Shown here: positions 23,830 to 36,706 of the stretch, one piece after another | How positions within the stretch are numbered: the stretch's first letter is position 1 | Layout of the letters: every line of letters starts with the position of its first letter | Source: Octopus sinensis | Lineage: Eukaryota | DNA length: 64,000 bases | Assembly (NCBI RefSeq): GCF_006345805.1 | Contig: NC_043016.1 | Location: 28,520,001 to 28,584,000, forward strand | Direction: 5' to 3' | Notes under the pieces: model-generated | The model's database searches: none | Told to the model about the DNA's origin: nothing | Seen by the model: only the letters and a program-made list of their open reading frames with translations | Translations under genes and position numbers: made by a program

Positions 23830-24232
23830 TCTTTACTCTTTTACTTGTTTCAGTCATTTTGACTGCGGCCATGCTGGAGCACCGCCTTTAGTCGAGCAAA
23901 TCGACCCCGGGACTTATTCTTTGTAAGCCCAGTACTTATTCTATCAGTCTCTTTTGCCGAACCGCTAAGTGACGGGGACGTAAACAAACTCGCATTGGTT
24001 GTCAAGCAATGCTAGAGGGACAAACACAGACACACAAACATATACACACACATACATATATACATATATACTACAGGCTTCTTTCAGTTTCCGTCTACCA
24101 AATCCACTGACAAGGCTTTGGTCGGCCCGAGGCTATAGCAGAAGACACTTGCCCAAGATGCCACGCAGTGGGACTGAACCCGGAACCATGTGGTTGGTTA
24201 GCAAGCTACTTACCACACAGCCACTCCTGTGC
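23830..24232 (-). mobile_element. tRNA-derived SINE family A, full length
   Basis: Reverse complement of the 57353-57744 type, with (AAAGAGT)n-like tail. Confidence 0.92.
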
Positions 24233-24441
24233 CACTAGTATATAATTTGAAAGCAATTTGGCTACTATTTCCAGTTGGTCAAGTAATCACATAGAGGCTC
24301 TTCTTTTCTTCCTTATACTATTGTTTAATTTGAAATGGAACATTTCAAAATTCAAATTAATTTCTTTTGATAAGACACACAATCATTTATTACAGTACAA
24401 TTAATTAATTCAAACTGCAACTTTACCTCCTTGTATATTAC

Positions 24442-24515
24442 TGCTGCTTATTCTGTTGATCCTGGTACCATTTGAAACTATTAAATTCTACATCTTCAGT
24501 ATTCTCTGTGACTGC
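24442..24515 (-). CDS. Candidate coding exon
   Basis: tttcatgttgcag acceptor, gtaata donor, the only open frame is AVTENTEDVEFNSFKWYQDQQNKQ. Confidence 0.35.
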
Positions 24516-25194
24516 CTGCAACATGAAATCATTTTTTTAAAAAATCAGAATACCAAACTCTCAAGATTTGGCACCAAATGTGCTGTAATATGATACAAGA
24601 ACTTCTTTGCCACTTAACATTGCAATGAGCAGTTTCAATTTACAGTTGAAGAGAAGAAAAAATAAAAATAAAAGAAAACATTGATATAAACAAAAATGTG
24701 CAATTTGTACAAAATGAGAAAAAAAAAAGCTTGCCAAAATAAATTTTAAATGTTAATTGTTTTAATATATTTCACAGATCATCATCTGTGAAATTACTTC
24801 TCTACAACAATAACTGTTGTATGAAGGAATCACTATATATATTATTATATAAACATAAGAACTTAATGTATTGTCAATCAGAAGCACTTTCAACATGAGG
24901 ACATAGGTTTTATAAAACCTTTACATATTATAGAAGATCTATTAAAGATTTAAATTAGTGACTAGATATATGTTTTTTTTAAAAATCAAAATATAAGGGG
25001 ATACTTACAAATAGCGTGATAGATAAATTAATTAGAATTATTTGACTATACACACATTTACATAACATAAATTATACATTAAATAAATATTGAATTAGAT
25101 AATATTCTTGGAATTAGAAGCCATGCACTTCTAATCTATAACAAATGGACAGTTATAATTGCATTAAATTCAAAATCTAAAAATTCTAATTAAT

Positions 25195-25405
25195 ATATAT
25201 GTGACCTCGTGAGTACCACTGGCGATTTTTTTTCCTCTGTCTTCCCTTCTCGGGATCTTTCCTTCTCCTATGTTTCCGACGAAGAGCTCCGCTCGAAATG
25301 TTAAACCCTCCTTCTTCCCTTCTTTCCTGAGCGTCCAATAATACTTTATTTGTTCCACGTCCTTGCGTTGTTATGTTTTTTGTTTTCTTGTTTGGATTAA
25401 CTTTA
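25195..25405 (+). mobile_element. Penelope-like terminal fragment with degenerate hammerhead motif (25272-25306)
   Basis: GTTT-CCGACGA-A-GAGC-TCC-GCTC-GAAA-TG-TT-AAAC; related copy at 49500-49660 on the minus strand. Confidence 0.6.
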
Positions 25406-25441
25406 TATATATATATATATATATACATACACACACATGTA

Positions 25442-25492
<51 letters not shown>

Positions 25493-25496
25493 GTAT

Positions 25497-25528
<32 letters not shown>

Positions 25529-25593
25529 TTATATACATATATATACACATGTATATATATATATCCTTATATATATACTTATATATATATATA

Positions 25594-25639
<46 letters not shown>

Positions 25640-25640
<1 letters not shown>

Positions 25641-25910
25641 CCGATTACCGGCAGGAACTTCTGTAAAGTTCAGTATATATATTGTATATAAGAAAAAGGG
25701 ACAGGCAGTATTCGTTATCTATTCCTTCTGTTTTGCATGTGTGAATTACAGGGTCTGTCATGCCCGGAGTCCAACTTTGATAGAAATAAGCATTCTTGAC
25801 TGCTATTTCTATTTTTTCGGTATGCGGTCAAGCAACCTGTTTTGCCTGTCCCTTTTTCTTATATACAATATATATACTGAACTTTACAGAAGTTCCTGCC
25901 GGTAATCGGC
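25640..25910. mobile_element. MITE with perfect 68-bp TIRs, TA-flanked
   Basis: 25640-25707 is the exact reverse complement of 25843-25910; 135-bp spacer; TA on both sides. Confidence 0.88.
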
Positions 25911-26100
25911 TATATTTACATACCGAATTCTACCAGTAAATAATTGGGGTTTTTTTAAAAGCCTTTATAGAAATTATTTACTCTTATTATTATATATATA
26001 TATATATGCATATACATAAATATATATATACACACATATGTGTATATATATACATATATGTATATATATATATGTATATATACATATATATATACACATG

Positions 26101-26133
<33 letters not shown>

Positions 26134-26519
26134 TAATAATAAATATTAGGGAATAAATCCAAACTTACAGGGAAAAATTAACAGCCATGAAACGATCGTA
26201 GTGATATATCAAATATAGTTTTTTAATAATTTTGTTATATATTTAAATAATATAAATTAAATAATCTTATGTATTGGCTTAAGTTTTTCATTGTATGATT
26301 TGCCTAATAGTGGTTTTGTCTCTAATTTAATATAATATATATATATATATATATATACACATGTATATAAATATATATATAGATATATATACATACATAT
26401 ATACACACATGTATGTATATATATATATATACATATATATGGAAAGCGGAAACTAAACGATGATGATGATGATGATGATGATATATACATGTATGTATAT
26501 ATACATGTATTTATATATA

Positions 26520-27340
26520 TATCGTCTTCGAAGCCTTTGACGAAATAGAAGGGGATATAGCTTCATATGGTGTAGAAGACAACTGGAGGTTCCTATGGGA
26601 CAACCTGCTAAGGACCACCGACCAGATCTGTGGATGGTGCAAAGTCCCCTCTCAACCCAAAATAATGAGGTGGTGATACAATGTGGTTGACAGGGCTATT
26701 AGACAAAAGAAACAGGCTTGGAAGGACTGGAAGAATGGTGGTAGCAGGGAAGTGTATCAGACTGCCAGAAGGGAAGCTAGGAGGCAGGTTTATTTAGCCA
26801 GATGGGAAGCAGATGGGAAAAAATTGGTCAATGTTCTGTACCGTGAGGACCAAAAACTTGAGGTATTTCGTGTTGCAAGACAGTGTGAGAGAGAATTGTG
26901 ATGTTGTAGGAGAGAAATGTGTTCGCATGGATGATGTTTCTCTTGCACTAAACAAGGCTGCAAAGAGAGAGGTTTGGAGACGCCACTATGAAAGGTTGCT
27001 CAATAAAGAAAATGAATGGGAGAAAGAGAGTCTGCTGAATGTCGACTCAACAGAGGAACCAGCTATCCGAGTTGACAGTACCTTGGTAGATAAAGCAATT
27101 AAAAGTATGAAGACAGGGAAAGCCCTCAGCCCATCAGGAATTACTGCAGAGATGCTTAAAATATCTGGTAGTGTTGGCTATAGCATAGTCACCCGTATAG
27201 TTAACCAGGTGATACATGAAGGAGTCATACATAATGACTTATGTAGCAGCATAATAGTCAACTGCTACAAAAGTAAAGGTGATGCTTTCAATACAAATAA
27301 TTACAGAGGTATCAAGCTGTTGGATCAGGTAATGAAGGTT
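26520..27340 (+). mobile_element. RTE LINE internal fragment (endonuclease-RT linker to start of RT)
   Basis: ...IKSMKTGKALSPSGITAEMLKISG...NNYRGIKLLDQVMKV; homologous to the reverse complement of 29240-30060. Confidence 0.93.
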
Positions 27341-27344
27341 ATGT

Positions 27345-30225
27345 CTAACATCTGCTTTCCATGCTAGCATGGGTTGGATGATTTGACTCAAGACTGGCAA
27401 ACCAGATGGCTGCATCAGGCTCTAATCTTGATCTGGCAGAGTTTCTACAGCTGGAGATGCCCTTCCTAACACCAACCACTCCGAGAGTGTAGTGAGTGCT
27501 TTTATGTGCCCCTGACACGAGGGAAGTACTGGCAATGGTTACATTCAAATGGAGTTTTTTACATGCCACCTGCACAGGAGCCAGTCCAGCAGCACTGGCA
27601 ATGACTTTACTTGAATGTCTTTTCACATGCCACCAGCGCAGGTGCCAGTAAGGCGACGCAGGCAACGATCATGCTCGAATAGTGCTTTTTATGTGCCACT
27701 GGCACAGAAGCTAGTTTGCTGCTCTGACAACGATCACGCTCTGATGTGTTCTTAGCACTCCACTAGCATGGATGCCAGTCATCGAATTTGATTTCACTTG
27801 CCTCAACAGGTCTTTGCAAGCAGAGTTTCATGTCCAATGAAGGAAAGGTACTCATTATATAAGTGGGCTGGTTACATCCCTGGCATAGGCCACGAGGTTA
27901 TGGTCTCACTTGGTTTGCTGGGTTTTCTCAAGCACAGCATATTTCCAAGTCTCGGTCACTAGTCATTGCCTTGGTGAGGCCTAATGTTCGAAGGTCATGC
28001 TTCACCACTTTATCCCAGGTCTTCCTCTTCCACAGGTTCCCTCAAACTGCTAGAGTATGGTACTTTTTCACACAGTTCATCCATTCTCACCACATGCCCT
28101 TACCAGCGCAATCATCTCTCTTGCACATCACATCTGATGCTGCTTAGGTCCAACTTCTCTCTCAAGGTACTTACACACTGTCATGTATGCACACGGACAT
28201 TACACATCCATTGGAGCATACTGGCTTCATTCCTTGTGAGCTTACGCATGTCCTTGGCAGTCATGGCCCATGTTTCACTGCCACATAGCATGGCTGTTCA
28301 TACACATGCATCATACAGTCTGCCTTTTATTCTGAGCGAGAGGCCTTTTGTCACCAGCAGAGGTAAGAGCTCTCTGAACTTAGCCCAGGCTATTCTTATT
28401 CTAGCAGCTACACTTTCAGCACACCCTCCCCCGCTACTGACTTGGTCACCTAGGTAATGGAAGCTATCAACTACTTCTAGTTTTTCTCCTTGGAATGTGG
28501 CGGAAGTTGTTCTCTGCACATTTTCAGTGTTAATTGCTCCTGAGCATCTGCCACATACAAAAACTATCTTCCCAGTTTGCCTTCCTTTGATATTGCTGTA
28601 CCTCTTATGTGTCCATAGCTTTCACTGGGTACATCTTATGGAGTTTCTACCAACGCCTTTTCTACAGATCAAGCTGGGCCATCTACCTGAAGGGATTTGT
28701 GGTTTGCCTGCCTTCCTACCTATTAGGACTTTGGTTTTAGCTAGGTTGACTCTTAGGACCTTCTATTCTAATCCTTGTTTCCACACCTGAAACTTCTCCT
28801 CTAGTTCTGATAGTGACTCAGCAATTAGAGCAAGGTCGTCAGCATAGAGAAGCTCCCAGGGGCATCCTGTCTTGAATTCCTTTTTTATTGCCTGGAGGAC
28901 TATGATAAATAAGAGGGGGCTGTGGACTGAACCTTGGTGGAACCCTACTTCTACCCAGAATTCTTCATTGTACTTGTTGCCAACCCTCACCTTACTGACG
29001 GTGTCCCTGTACATGGCTTGCACATCTCTCACTAACCATTCATCTATCCCTAGTTTCCTCATTGACCACCAGATGTCAACGAAAGCTAGGTACAGAGGTT
29101 TATCTTTGGCTAGGTATTTCTCCTGCAACTGTCTTACCAGAAATATAGCATCAGTGGTGCTTTTTCCTGGCACGAACCCAAACTGCATCTCATCTAAACT
29201 GACTCCCTCCTTAATTACTTGGGCTATGACCCTCTCCGTAACCTTCATTACCTAATCCAACAACTTGATACCTCTGTAATTATTTGTATCTAAAGTGTCA
29301 CCTTTAACTTTTTAGCAGTTGACTATAGTGCTGCTACACCAGTCATTGGGTATGACACCTTCGTGTATCACCTGGTTAACTATATGGGTGACTAGGCTAT
29401 AGCTGACACTGCCAGATATTTTAAGCATCTCTGCAGTAATTCCTGATGGACTGGAGGCTTTCCTTGTCTTCATAATCTTAATTGCTTTATCTACCAAGGT
29501 ATTGTCAACTCGGATAGCTGGTTCCTCTGTTGGTTTGACATTCGACAGACTCTCTATCTCCTATTCATTTTCTTTATTGAGCAACCTTTTATAGCAACCT
29601 TTTATAGTGGCGTCTCCAGACCTCTCTCTTTGCAGCCTTGTTTAGTGCAAGAGAAACATGCGAACACATTTCTCTCCTACAGCATCACAATTCTCTCTCA
29701 CACACTGTCTTGCAACACGAAATACCTAAAGTCTTTGGTCCTCACAGTACAGAACATTAGCAAACTTCTTCTTATCTACTTCCCCTCTGGCTAAAATAAA
29801 CTTGTCTCCTAGCTTCCCTTCTGGCAGTCTGATACAATTCCCTGCCACCACTGTTCTTCCAAGCCTGTTTCTTTTCTCTAATAGTCCTGTCAACAACATT
29901 GTTCCACCACCACGTTATTTTGGGTTGAGAGGGGACTTTGCACCAACCACAGATCTGGTCGGTGGCCCTCAACAGGTTGTCCTGTAGAAACCTCCAGTTG
30001 TCTTCTACATCGTGTGAAGCTATATCCCCTTCTATTTCGTCAAAGGCTTTGAGTAATAAGTCTCTAAATCTCTGTCCATTCACAAGATCTTTAAGCTTCC
30101 AGACCCTTCTCCTCCATGCTAGTCATCCACTTAGCCCTGATCCTGAAGTCACTAACTACCAGTCTATGTTGTGGGGTACATTCTTCGCCTGGGAAGGTTT
30201 TGGCATTTATAAGCAGCCATCTTTC
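27345..30225 (-). pseudogene. RTE LINE, about 2.9 kb decayed copy (endonuclease end, full RT, 3' UTR)
   Basis: GEECTPQHRLVVSDF, MQFGFVPGKSTTDAIFLVRQLQEK, ELLYADDLAL, FHYLG, RIAWAKFRELLPLL; multiple frameshifts. Confidence 0.95.
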
Positions 30226-30550
30226 CCTGTCAAATTTAGTGAAATTCAGTTGCAAATTGTAAGAGTAAAAGTGGTTCATGCAGCACACACAACTTGCCTT
30301 TTATTATAGAAGATCAAACACATACCATTGCATAGATGTGGTGGGTTCAAATCCTAGGTGAATTGAAAGTAGTCTATTTATGTTCGGGGCATGAAATTTC
30401 GAGGAAAATATTATAAGCAAAAGTGTCCTAAGTCAAAGAGAGCACACATGTCAAATTTGCTGAAATTTGGTTGAAAATTGTAGTAGTAGAAGTGGTTCAC
30501 ACAACACATACACACAGATAGACAACTTGCCTTTTAGTATATAAGATAGA
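30225..30550 (+). mobile_element. Two diverged tandem units resembling Helitron/Helentron-type non-autonomous ends
   Basis: tgtcaaattt.gtgaaatt...gtggttca...acaacttgccttttattatagaagat occurs twice, ending near 30312 and 30546. Confidence 0.4.
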
Positions 30551-30751
30551 TAGATATATGGTATTTTCCCTCAGCCATATTGTTGGTATTCATATTTATC
30601 TTCAACATTATAAAGGCTCAATCACTGTTCATATCATGCTAGCAGTGTTGTACACTACCCTAATTAATCTCAGATAACACACCTAAATCCCTTAAAGACA
30701 CCACAAATGCTATGCCTTGGAAAATCACAGATGATTTTGTATCCACGATAT

Positions 30752-30915
30752 AGGCACAGTGTGGCTGTGCAGTAAGAAGTTTGCTTCCCAACATGGTTTT
30801 GGGTTCAGTTCCACTGGATGACACCTCAGATAAGTGTTTTCTACTATAGCCCAGTGTCAACCAAAGCCATGTGAGCAGATTTGGTAGATACAAACTGAAA
30901 GGAGCCTGTTGTATG
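30752..30915 (+). mobile_element. SINE family A, 5' part
   Basis: ggcacagtgtggctgtgcagtaag head and gggttcagttcc B box. Confidence 0.8.
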
Positions 30916-31789
30916 TATATATATAAGTGTGTATGTATGTAAACATACTTATATATGACAGGTTGTTTCAGCCATGTAACCACACACATGCTTTTCTTGG
31001 GCAACTTTTCTTCTTCTCTCTGGACCTTTCCTCTCTCTCCTCTTTCTGACGAAGAATTACACTAGAAACATTCCCTCCCCGTTCTTTTTTCCTGTCTTAA
31101 AATTGAGTGTCAATCTAATACATTCTCTGTGTATGTCCTTTTGACATTTGTTGTTTTGTTATTTTTGATTTGCCTATATATGTGTGAGAGTGAGTGTGTG
31201 TGTGTGTGTGTGTTAATGTTTGTATCTCCTTGTCTTGACAGCTGTGATTGTTGTTAATGAATATCATTCATTTTCAATATCCTGAGAAAACATGTATGGC
31301 CATGGGAAAATATCACTTTGCTTGAAAACAGGTGACACTGGGCGATAGGAAGGGCATTCAGCCATTGAAGATCTGCCTCAAAAAAATTTATCTGACTCAT
31401 ACAAGTATGGAAAAATTGATATTAAAGTGATAATGATTATGAATAGCAGCAGTATGAGGTAATGCTGCCACTATTCATATGCATCTTCTAGACTGCATAA
31501 AAAAGAAAAGACACTCAACTTGAGTATCAGTAGTCATTAAAGTCGTGGTCCAACACCCGGGAAACATGCTCTGTATCCTTGCTGTCTTTTCTACAGCTAT
31601 CACAGTGTCCACTGCTTCTTGGAGCTGGCTGGTCTTATATCAGTTCTACTCATATCTGACTTGCAACATCCTCCTAAGCGTATTCACCCATATGAGGTCC
31701 CCACACACTGAAGACTATTTCCAGTATTCCTCCCCAGAACGTCGATTCTCTGAAGTTTCTTCTTTCCCTGTCTGTGGTCTTCGGGCAGT

Positions 31790-31887
31790 TGTTGACTAGC
31801 AGTTCTTCAAAAAGAATATCAACAGCATTAGTCTCAAAAAACTTTCGAAAACCAGTGACACAGCTCTTCTACCAGACCAAACCTTAA

Positions 31888-31924
<37 letters not shown>

Positions 31925-32095
31925 TTCCAAGTCTCGGTCACTAGTCATTGCCTTGGTGAGGCCTAATGTTCGAAGGTCGTGCTTCACCACTTTATCCCAG
32001 GTCTTCCTGGGTCTACCTCTTCCACAGGTTCCCTCAAACTGCTAGGGTATGGTACTTTTTCACACAGTTCATCCATTCTCACCACATGCCCATAC
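31790..32095 (-). mobile_element. RTE LINE fragments
   Basis: Near-identical to 27945-28095 (MVKHDLRTLGLTKAMTSDRDL). Confidence 0.85.
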
Positions 32096-32694
32096 CTAGG
32101 TAATGGAAGCTATCAATTACTTCTATATATATATATATATATATATATACAGAGAGAGAGAGGAGGCTTATGGGTCTGAGTGACGAAATAAACTTCTGTA
32201 GGTTTCGGATTCAGACTTAGTGGGGTGAAACTGATGGTTGACCGTTTCTACTAAAATCTTAATTCTAAAGGGAAGGAATATTAGGCAAACGGATTTATCT
32301 AGTGCTCATTAAACCAAGCGTCGAAGAATAAAGCATGATGCAGTGGAAATACGGCTGTATTTTATTAACATTAAACATAGAAAAATGTGAAACTGGGTTT
32401 AATTTGCCTGGCGCTTTATTGTTTTCTCGTGACAGAGACCTAATAATTTAAAAAGGAATCGGGTAACATCCTACTTTCGCATCGTAGCGTAACATCATAC
32501 AATGGGAATAAATATTTCGTTGTTGAATATTTGTGTGTATGTGTGTAAGCATGTTTACTTTAATTTTTTACGTAGTGAAAATAGGATATAACTGATGATT
32601 CAATCAACCACAATGAATTTCTGGTGAATGATTTATTGACTTTGGAATAATTGAAAATAAGAAGACGGTAATTTTTTTTTTTTGGTATTTGTAG

Positions 32695-32765
32695 ATACAG
32701 CTAAGGAGACAGACGAAACCCAAGAATCGAAGTTCGAATGTCGTATGATTGGAAAAGGGCGATGA
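32695..32765 (+). CDS. Weak candidate terminal exon
   Basis: (T)13 ggtatttgtag acceptor then xTAKETDETQESKFECRMIGKGR*; AATAAA at about 32835. Confidence 0.2.
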
Positions 32766-33114
32766 AGATATGACCTCAAAACCATTTTCAAAGATAATAA
32801 ACACCAAACATTTAATAGTCTTAGATAGCGCTGAATAAACAAGTAGGTTCGACCTGCAATTAGTAACCTTGGACTCTGCTACTGTTTTTCGAAAAATTTT
32901 CTTAAGTCAATAACTGTTTTGGCTCTCTACCATTCCTGCTGCAACAATTTCTCTGCTAATAATACAAATAATAATAATAACTTCTAAGATTTGCAAACAA
33001 CGATAGAAAATTAAGGGTGGTGAGAGAGACATGGCCTATTACATTGAACTGTTATATTGTTAATAATAATAATAATTATTATTATTTAATCTCTCGTAAG
33101 TTGCAAATCGTCAA

Positions 33115-33170
33115 GACATCGGAAGTCGGTTTCGTTCCGGAAGTCGGTTTCGTGCAGGAAGTTACGTCAG
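33115..33170. promoter_or_regulatory. Promoter-like cluster: three GGAAGT ETS motifs at 18-bp spacing plus TTACGTCA
   Basis: GGAAGT at 33121, 33139 and 33157; CRE/ATF-like TTACGTCA at 33162-33169; local CpG enrichment over about 32150-35600. Confidence 0.65.
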
Positions 33171-33240
33171 ATGTCTCTTTCTTTTTCACCATCTCTTTTT
33201 CCGTGCCCTCCCCTACTCGTGCCTCCACCACCGTACTCAC

Positions 33241-33284
33241 ACACTGTGACCTGCTGCTGTTGCTGCCGCTGCTGCTGCTGACAT
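33241..33284 (-). CDS. Candidate first coding exon (MSAAAAAATAAGHS)
   Basis: ATG, poly-Ala codons and a consensus GT|GTGAGT donor at 33240 within the CpG-rich region. Confidence 0.4.
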
Positions 33285-34039
33285 CAGTATATCGCGAAAG
33301 AAAGAGGAAAAATGTTATTAAACCTTCGATATAAATCCTAAAGTGCATCGACACTAATTACCAAATACATCGATACCCAAATATTACATTGGAACGTCCT
33401 ACCAACCTGGTTAGTAGCTTGTATTAACAATATTCTACCGCACACTTACCAACACTGTCCTTTCAGTTATATATGTACATACATAAATTCATTTTCTTTT
33501 CAAATATACATATACATACATTATTTACTAATTTTTTTTCTCTCTCTTCAAACACGTAATGTACATAGCTATGAGGGAGTGTATAGTGTATACACACACA
33601 TGCAAATGTCTATGTACAAAATGTCTATAAAGATCTGAATACGTAAATATCTGTTTAGATTCTTTTCCTTTCCACATCCCAGATATCAACGATTAGATAC
33701 TCCTACCGTGAACATCCAGTCGATTTAGGATACGTAGGAGTAACAGACCAGTGTCCTTTTCTTTTAGACAGTAGAGTGTTTATTTGAGGGAAATTTGGTT
33801 GCTGTTTATCGCATGTCTAACGACTGCCTACATAGATGTATTTCGTATACAAATATGTATATGTATGTAAGTAGGAGTGAATAATATGTGTATTATGACA
33901 GGTATACACACGTGTGTGTACATGTATACAGACGAGTGTGTATACAGATATACAATAGTGCACTTAACCATTTCTGCTATGTAGACATGCAAAGGTGTGT
34001 CTGTTTATAAATAGAAATACCTATGTGTATTAAGTGTAT

Positions 34040-34195
34040 GAATAACTGTCCGCCGAGGCCGACTTTGTCTTTCATCCTCTCAGGGTCGATAAATAAAGTA
34101 CCAGTTTCGCTCTGGGGTCGATGTAATCGACTTAATCCCTTTGTCTGTCCTTGTTTGTCCCCTCTATGTTTAGCCCCTTGTGGGCAATAAAGATA
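34040..34195 (+). mobile_element. SINE family C, central domain and tail
   Basis: gactttgtctttcatcctctcagggtcgataaataaagtaccag...ggggtcgatgtaatcgact, tail ttgtcccctctatgtttagccccttgtgggcaataaaga. Confidence 0.85.
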
Positions 34196-34656
34196 TATAT
34201 ATTTCTGTGTATATACACATATTCGTATGTATTTTTGCTTCTATACATACATATATTCGTGTGTATTTATGTATACATTCACATCCTTGCATATATGTAT
34301 ATAGGAGTACATGTGTTCATGTAAACATATATGTAAGCATGTATACAGTTGTGTTTGTGTGTATATATGTATGTGTGCATGTTTACACATTCGTGTATTT
34401 ATAAGCATGTTTACACGTGTATATATGATGTTACTCGTATGTATGAATACATATTCTCCGTTTGTGTATGTATACATATATACCCATTATGTTGTATGCA
34501 CATATGTGTGTGTGTATGTATGTTTATGCATATTTGTATGCATATATATATATATACACACACTAACTTATAGTCTGTCTACAATGTGTGTCTTTATAAA
34601 AATGTACAGTGTTGTAGTATCGAAAGTGAATTGATCTCTCATCTTCTGTGGTCCAG

Positions 34657-34714
34657 CTGTGGCTATCGATGTTATGGCCGCATTCTTGGTCTACATTGAT
34701 TCAACAAGACAGCT
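34657..34714 (+). other. Candidate short exon (5' UTR or MAAFLVYIDSTRQL start)
   Basis: ctctcatcttctgtggtccag acceptor and gtgagt donor. Confidence 0.3.
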
Positions 34715-36246
34715 GTGAGTATTTGTGTTGGCATTTGAGCTTGCTGAAATTCTTTGGACTCGTCCAAGCCATTGAAAGTTTCGATGCCCCAACATCTCGG
34801 TAAATGCTAGGGAATTTGAAGTCAGTTTCATCACTACACACACACACATACCAAACACACACAGCCATGTGTATATGTGTATGCATATATAAACATTTAA
34901 TACATAAACACATACACACACGTGTGTGTGTGTGTGAGTTGTAGTTAGGCAAGTAACTTAATTTGAGATCGTTTATTAAAACCAAAAGCCCTCTTAAATT
35001 GTCATATCCACATTGGTTTCACTTCGTAATTGCATTATTTATTTACTGTCAATATCATCGGACATTATCGTCCTGACTACCGATACTATTCCAAACACTA
35101 TTACACTCACACATAATTAATTACATGCCAGTATACATTAAAGATATATGTATAGACGTATGTGTGTGCTTGTGCATCGATTTGTGTATCTTTTACTGAT
35201 TCTAGTAATTTAGACTGCGGTCATTCTGGGGCACTAGCTTCAGAAATTTAGTCAATTATATCGATCCGGTACGTATTTTTGTGTGATACAAATTTTATCT
35301 AAGCGTATTCGTAGAACTACTACATTATGGGACATAAAAGCGATATAAACTTAACGGAGCAGACCAACTATCATCGAAGACAATCCAGCTGTGACCGTTC
35401 CGGCTTTATCAGTGGGGGGTATTTATATTATGCAATTTATCTTTCCCGTTTTCGAGATGATTATATGTGTAGCTTTAGCTACCATTTTTTGCATGTGGTC
35501 CAACTTCTTAATCGTTGTTTCATTTTCTCTAATGACATATTTTATAAATAAATGTCTATTGATAATTCGTTGGAGACGTCGTAATAAGAGCTCACATATT
35601 TAAGAATGCACCGAACATGGAAGACTGTGTTCTGTGGTTCATAGATCTGTCCAAGACAATGGAATTGTTTTAATTCCAGCACACCACCTTGCATCAACAT
35701 AACTGACAAATCAGTACTGCTTTTCTTCTGTGTGTGTTCTCCTGGGTTTATCTTTCTCAATTTTATCATCAACGCAGAAAGAGGTTTTTTGATTTAGGTA
35801 CAAGATTTTTATATTAGAATTTAGCATCCGTTGGGAAACCACGTATGTAAGAGTGTATGTGTATATTTGTGTGTGTGTGTGTGTGTGTGTGTGTTTGTGT
35901 AGGCATCTACCCACATCTATCTACATTTAAATATATATGCATTTTATATATAACTATACATATGCATATGTGTGCATGTATGCAGGCATGTTCGTATGTA
36001 CATGTGTGCAAGTGTGTATAATTACCTTCCATGCTGGTATGGGTCAGATGGTTTGATATGCTCTGGCGAGCTCTAGAGTCAGCTTTAGCATTATATATAT
36101 ATATATTATCATCATTCGTGTTTAGCCCCTTGTGGGTAGTAAAGAAATATATATTATTATCATTCAGTGTCTGCTTTTCTCTGCTGGCATAGGTTACATG
36201 GTTAGACAGAGCTTAACAAGTCAGAATACGATGTGTTGCTCTACAG

Positions 36247-36514
36247 CAGTGGTTCTCAACCCGGGGTTCATATTACCCTTGTGGGGGGTCCACATAAGAT
36301 TTTGTTTTTAGAATATATCTGTAATAAATTAGTTTTATACTTCTACAATACACAAAATATCTTAACGGTTTTTTTCATTCAATTCCAAATGATATTTAAT
36401 TGTAAAAATATAATGGTACTTTTTTTTTTTAAGCATTGGATGTTTATTAGCATTCAGTAGAGTAAAATAGGAATCAAAGGAGTCCATAAGCCAAAAAATG
36501 GTTGAGAAACACTG
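36247..36514. mobile_element. hAT-type MITE
   Basis: TIRs cagtggttctcaacc / ggttgagaaacactg; 8-bp TSD ctctacag / ctctactg. Confidence 0.87.
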
Positions 36515-36642
36515 CTCTACTGTCTTAATTTTGGAATGGTGTACATTGTTGGATGCCATTCTTGTACATACCTATATATACACACACACACACATATATA
36601 CATACCTATATATATATATACATACACATACCTATATATACA

Positions 36643-36706
<64 letters not shown>

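Noticed and set aside
26189-26200. GAAACGATCGTA half-motif
   Set aside because: No CUGANGA box or stem I partner upstream; kept only as a possible truncated relic.
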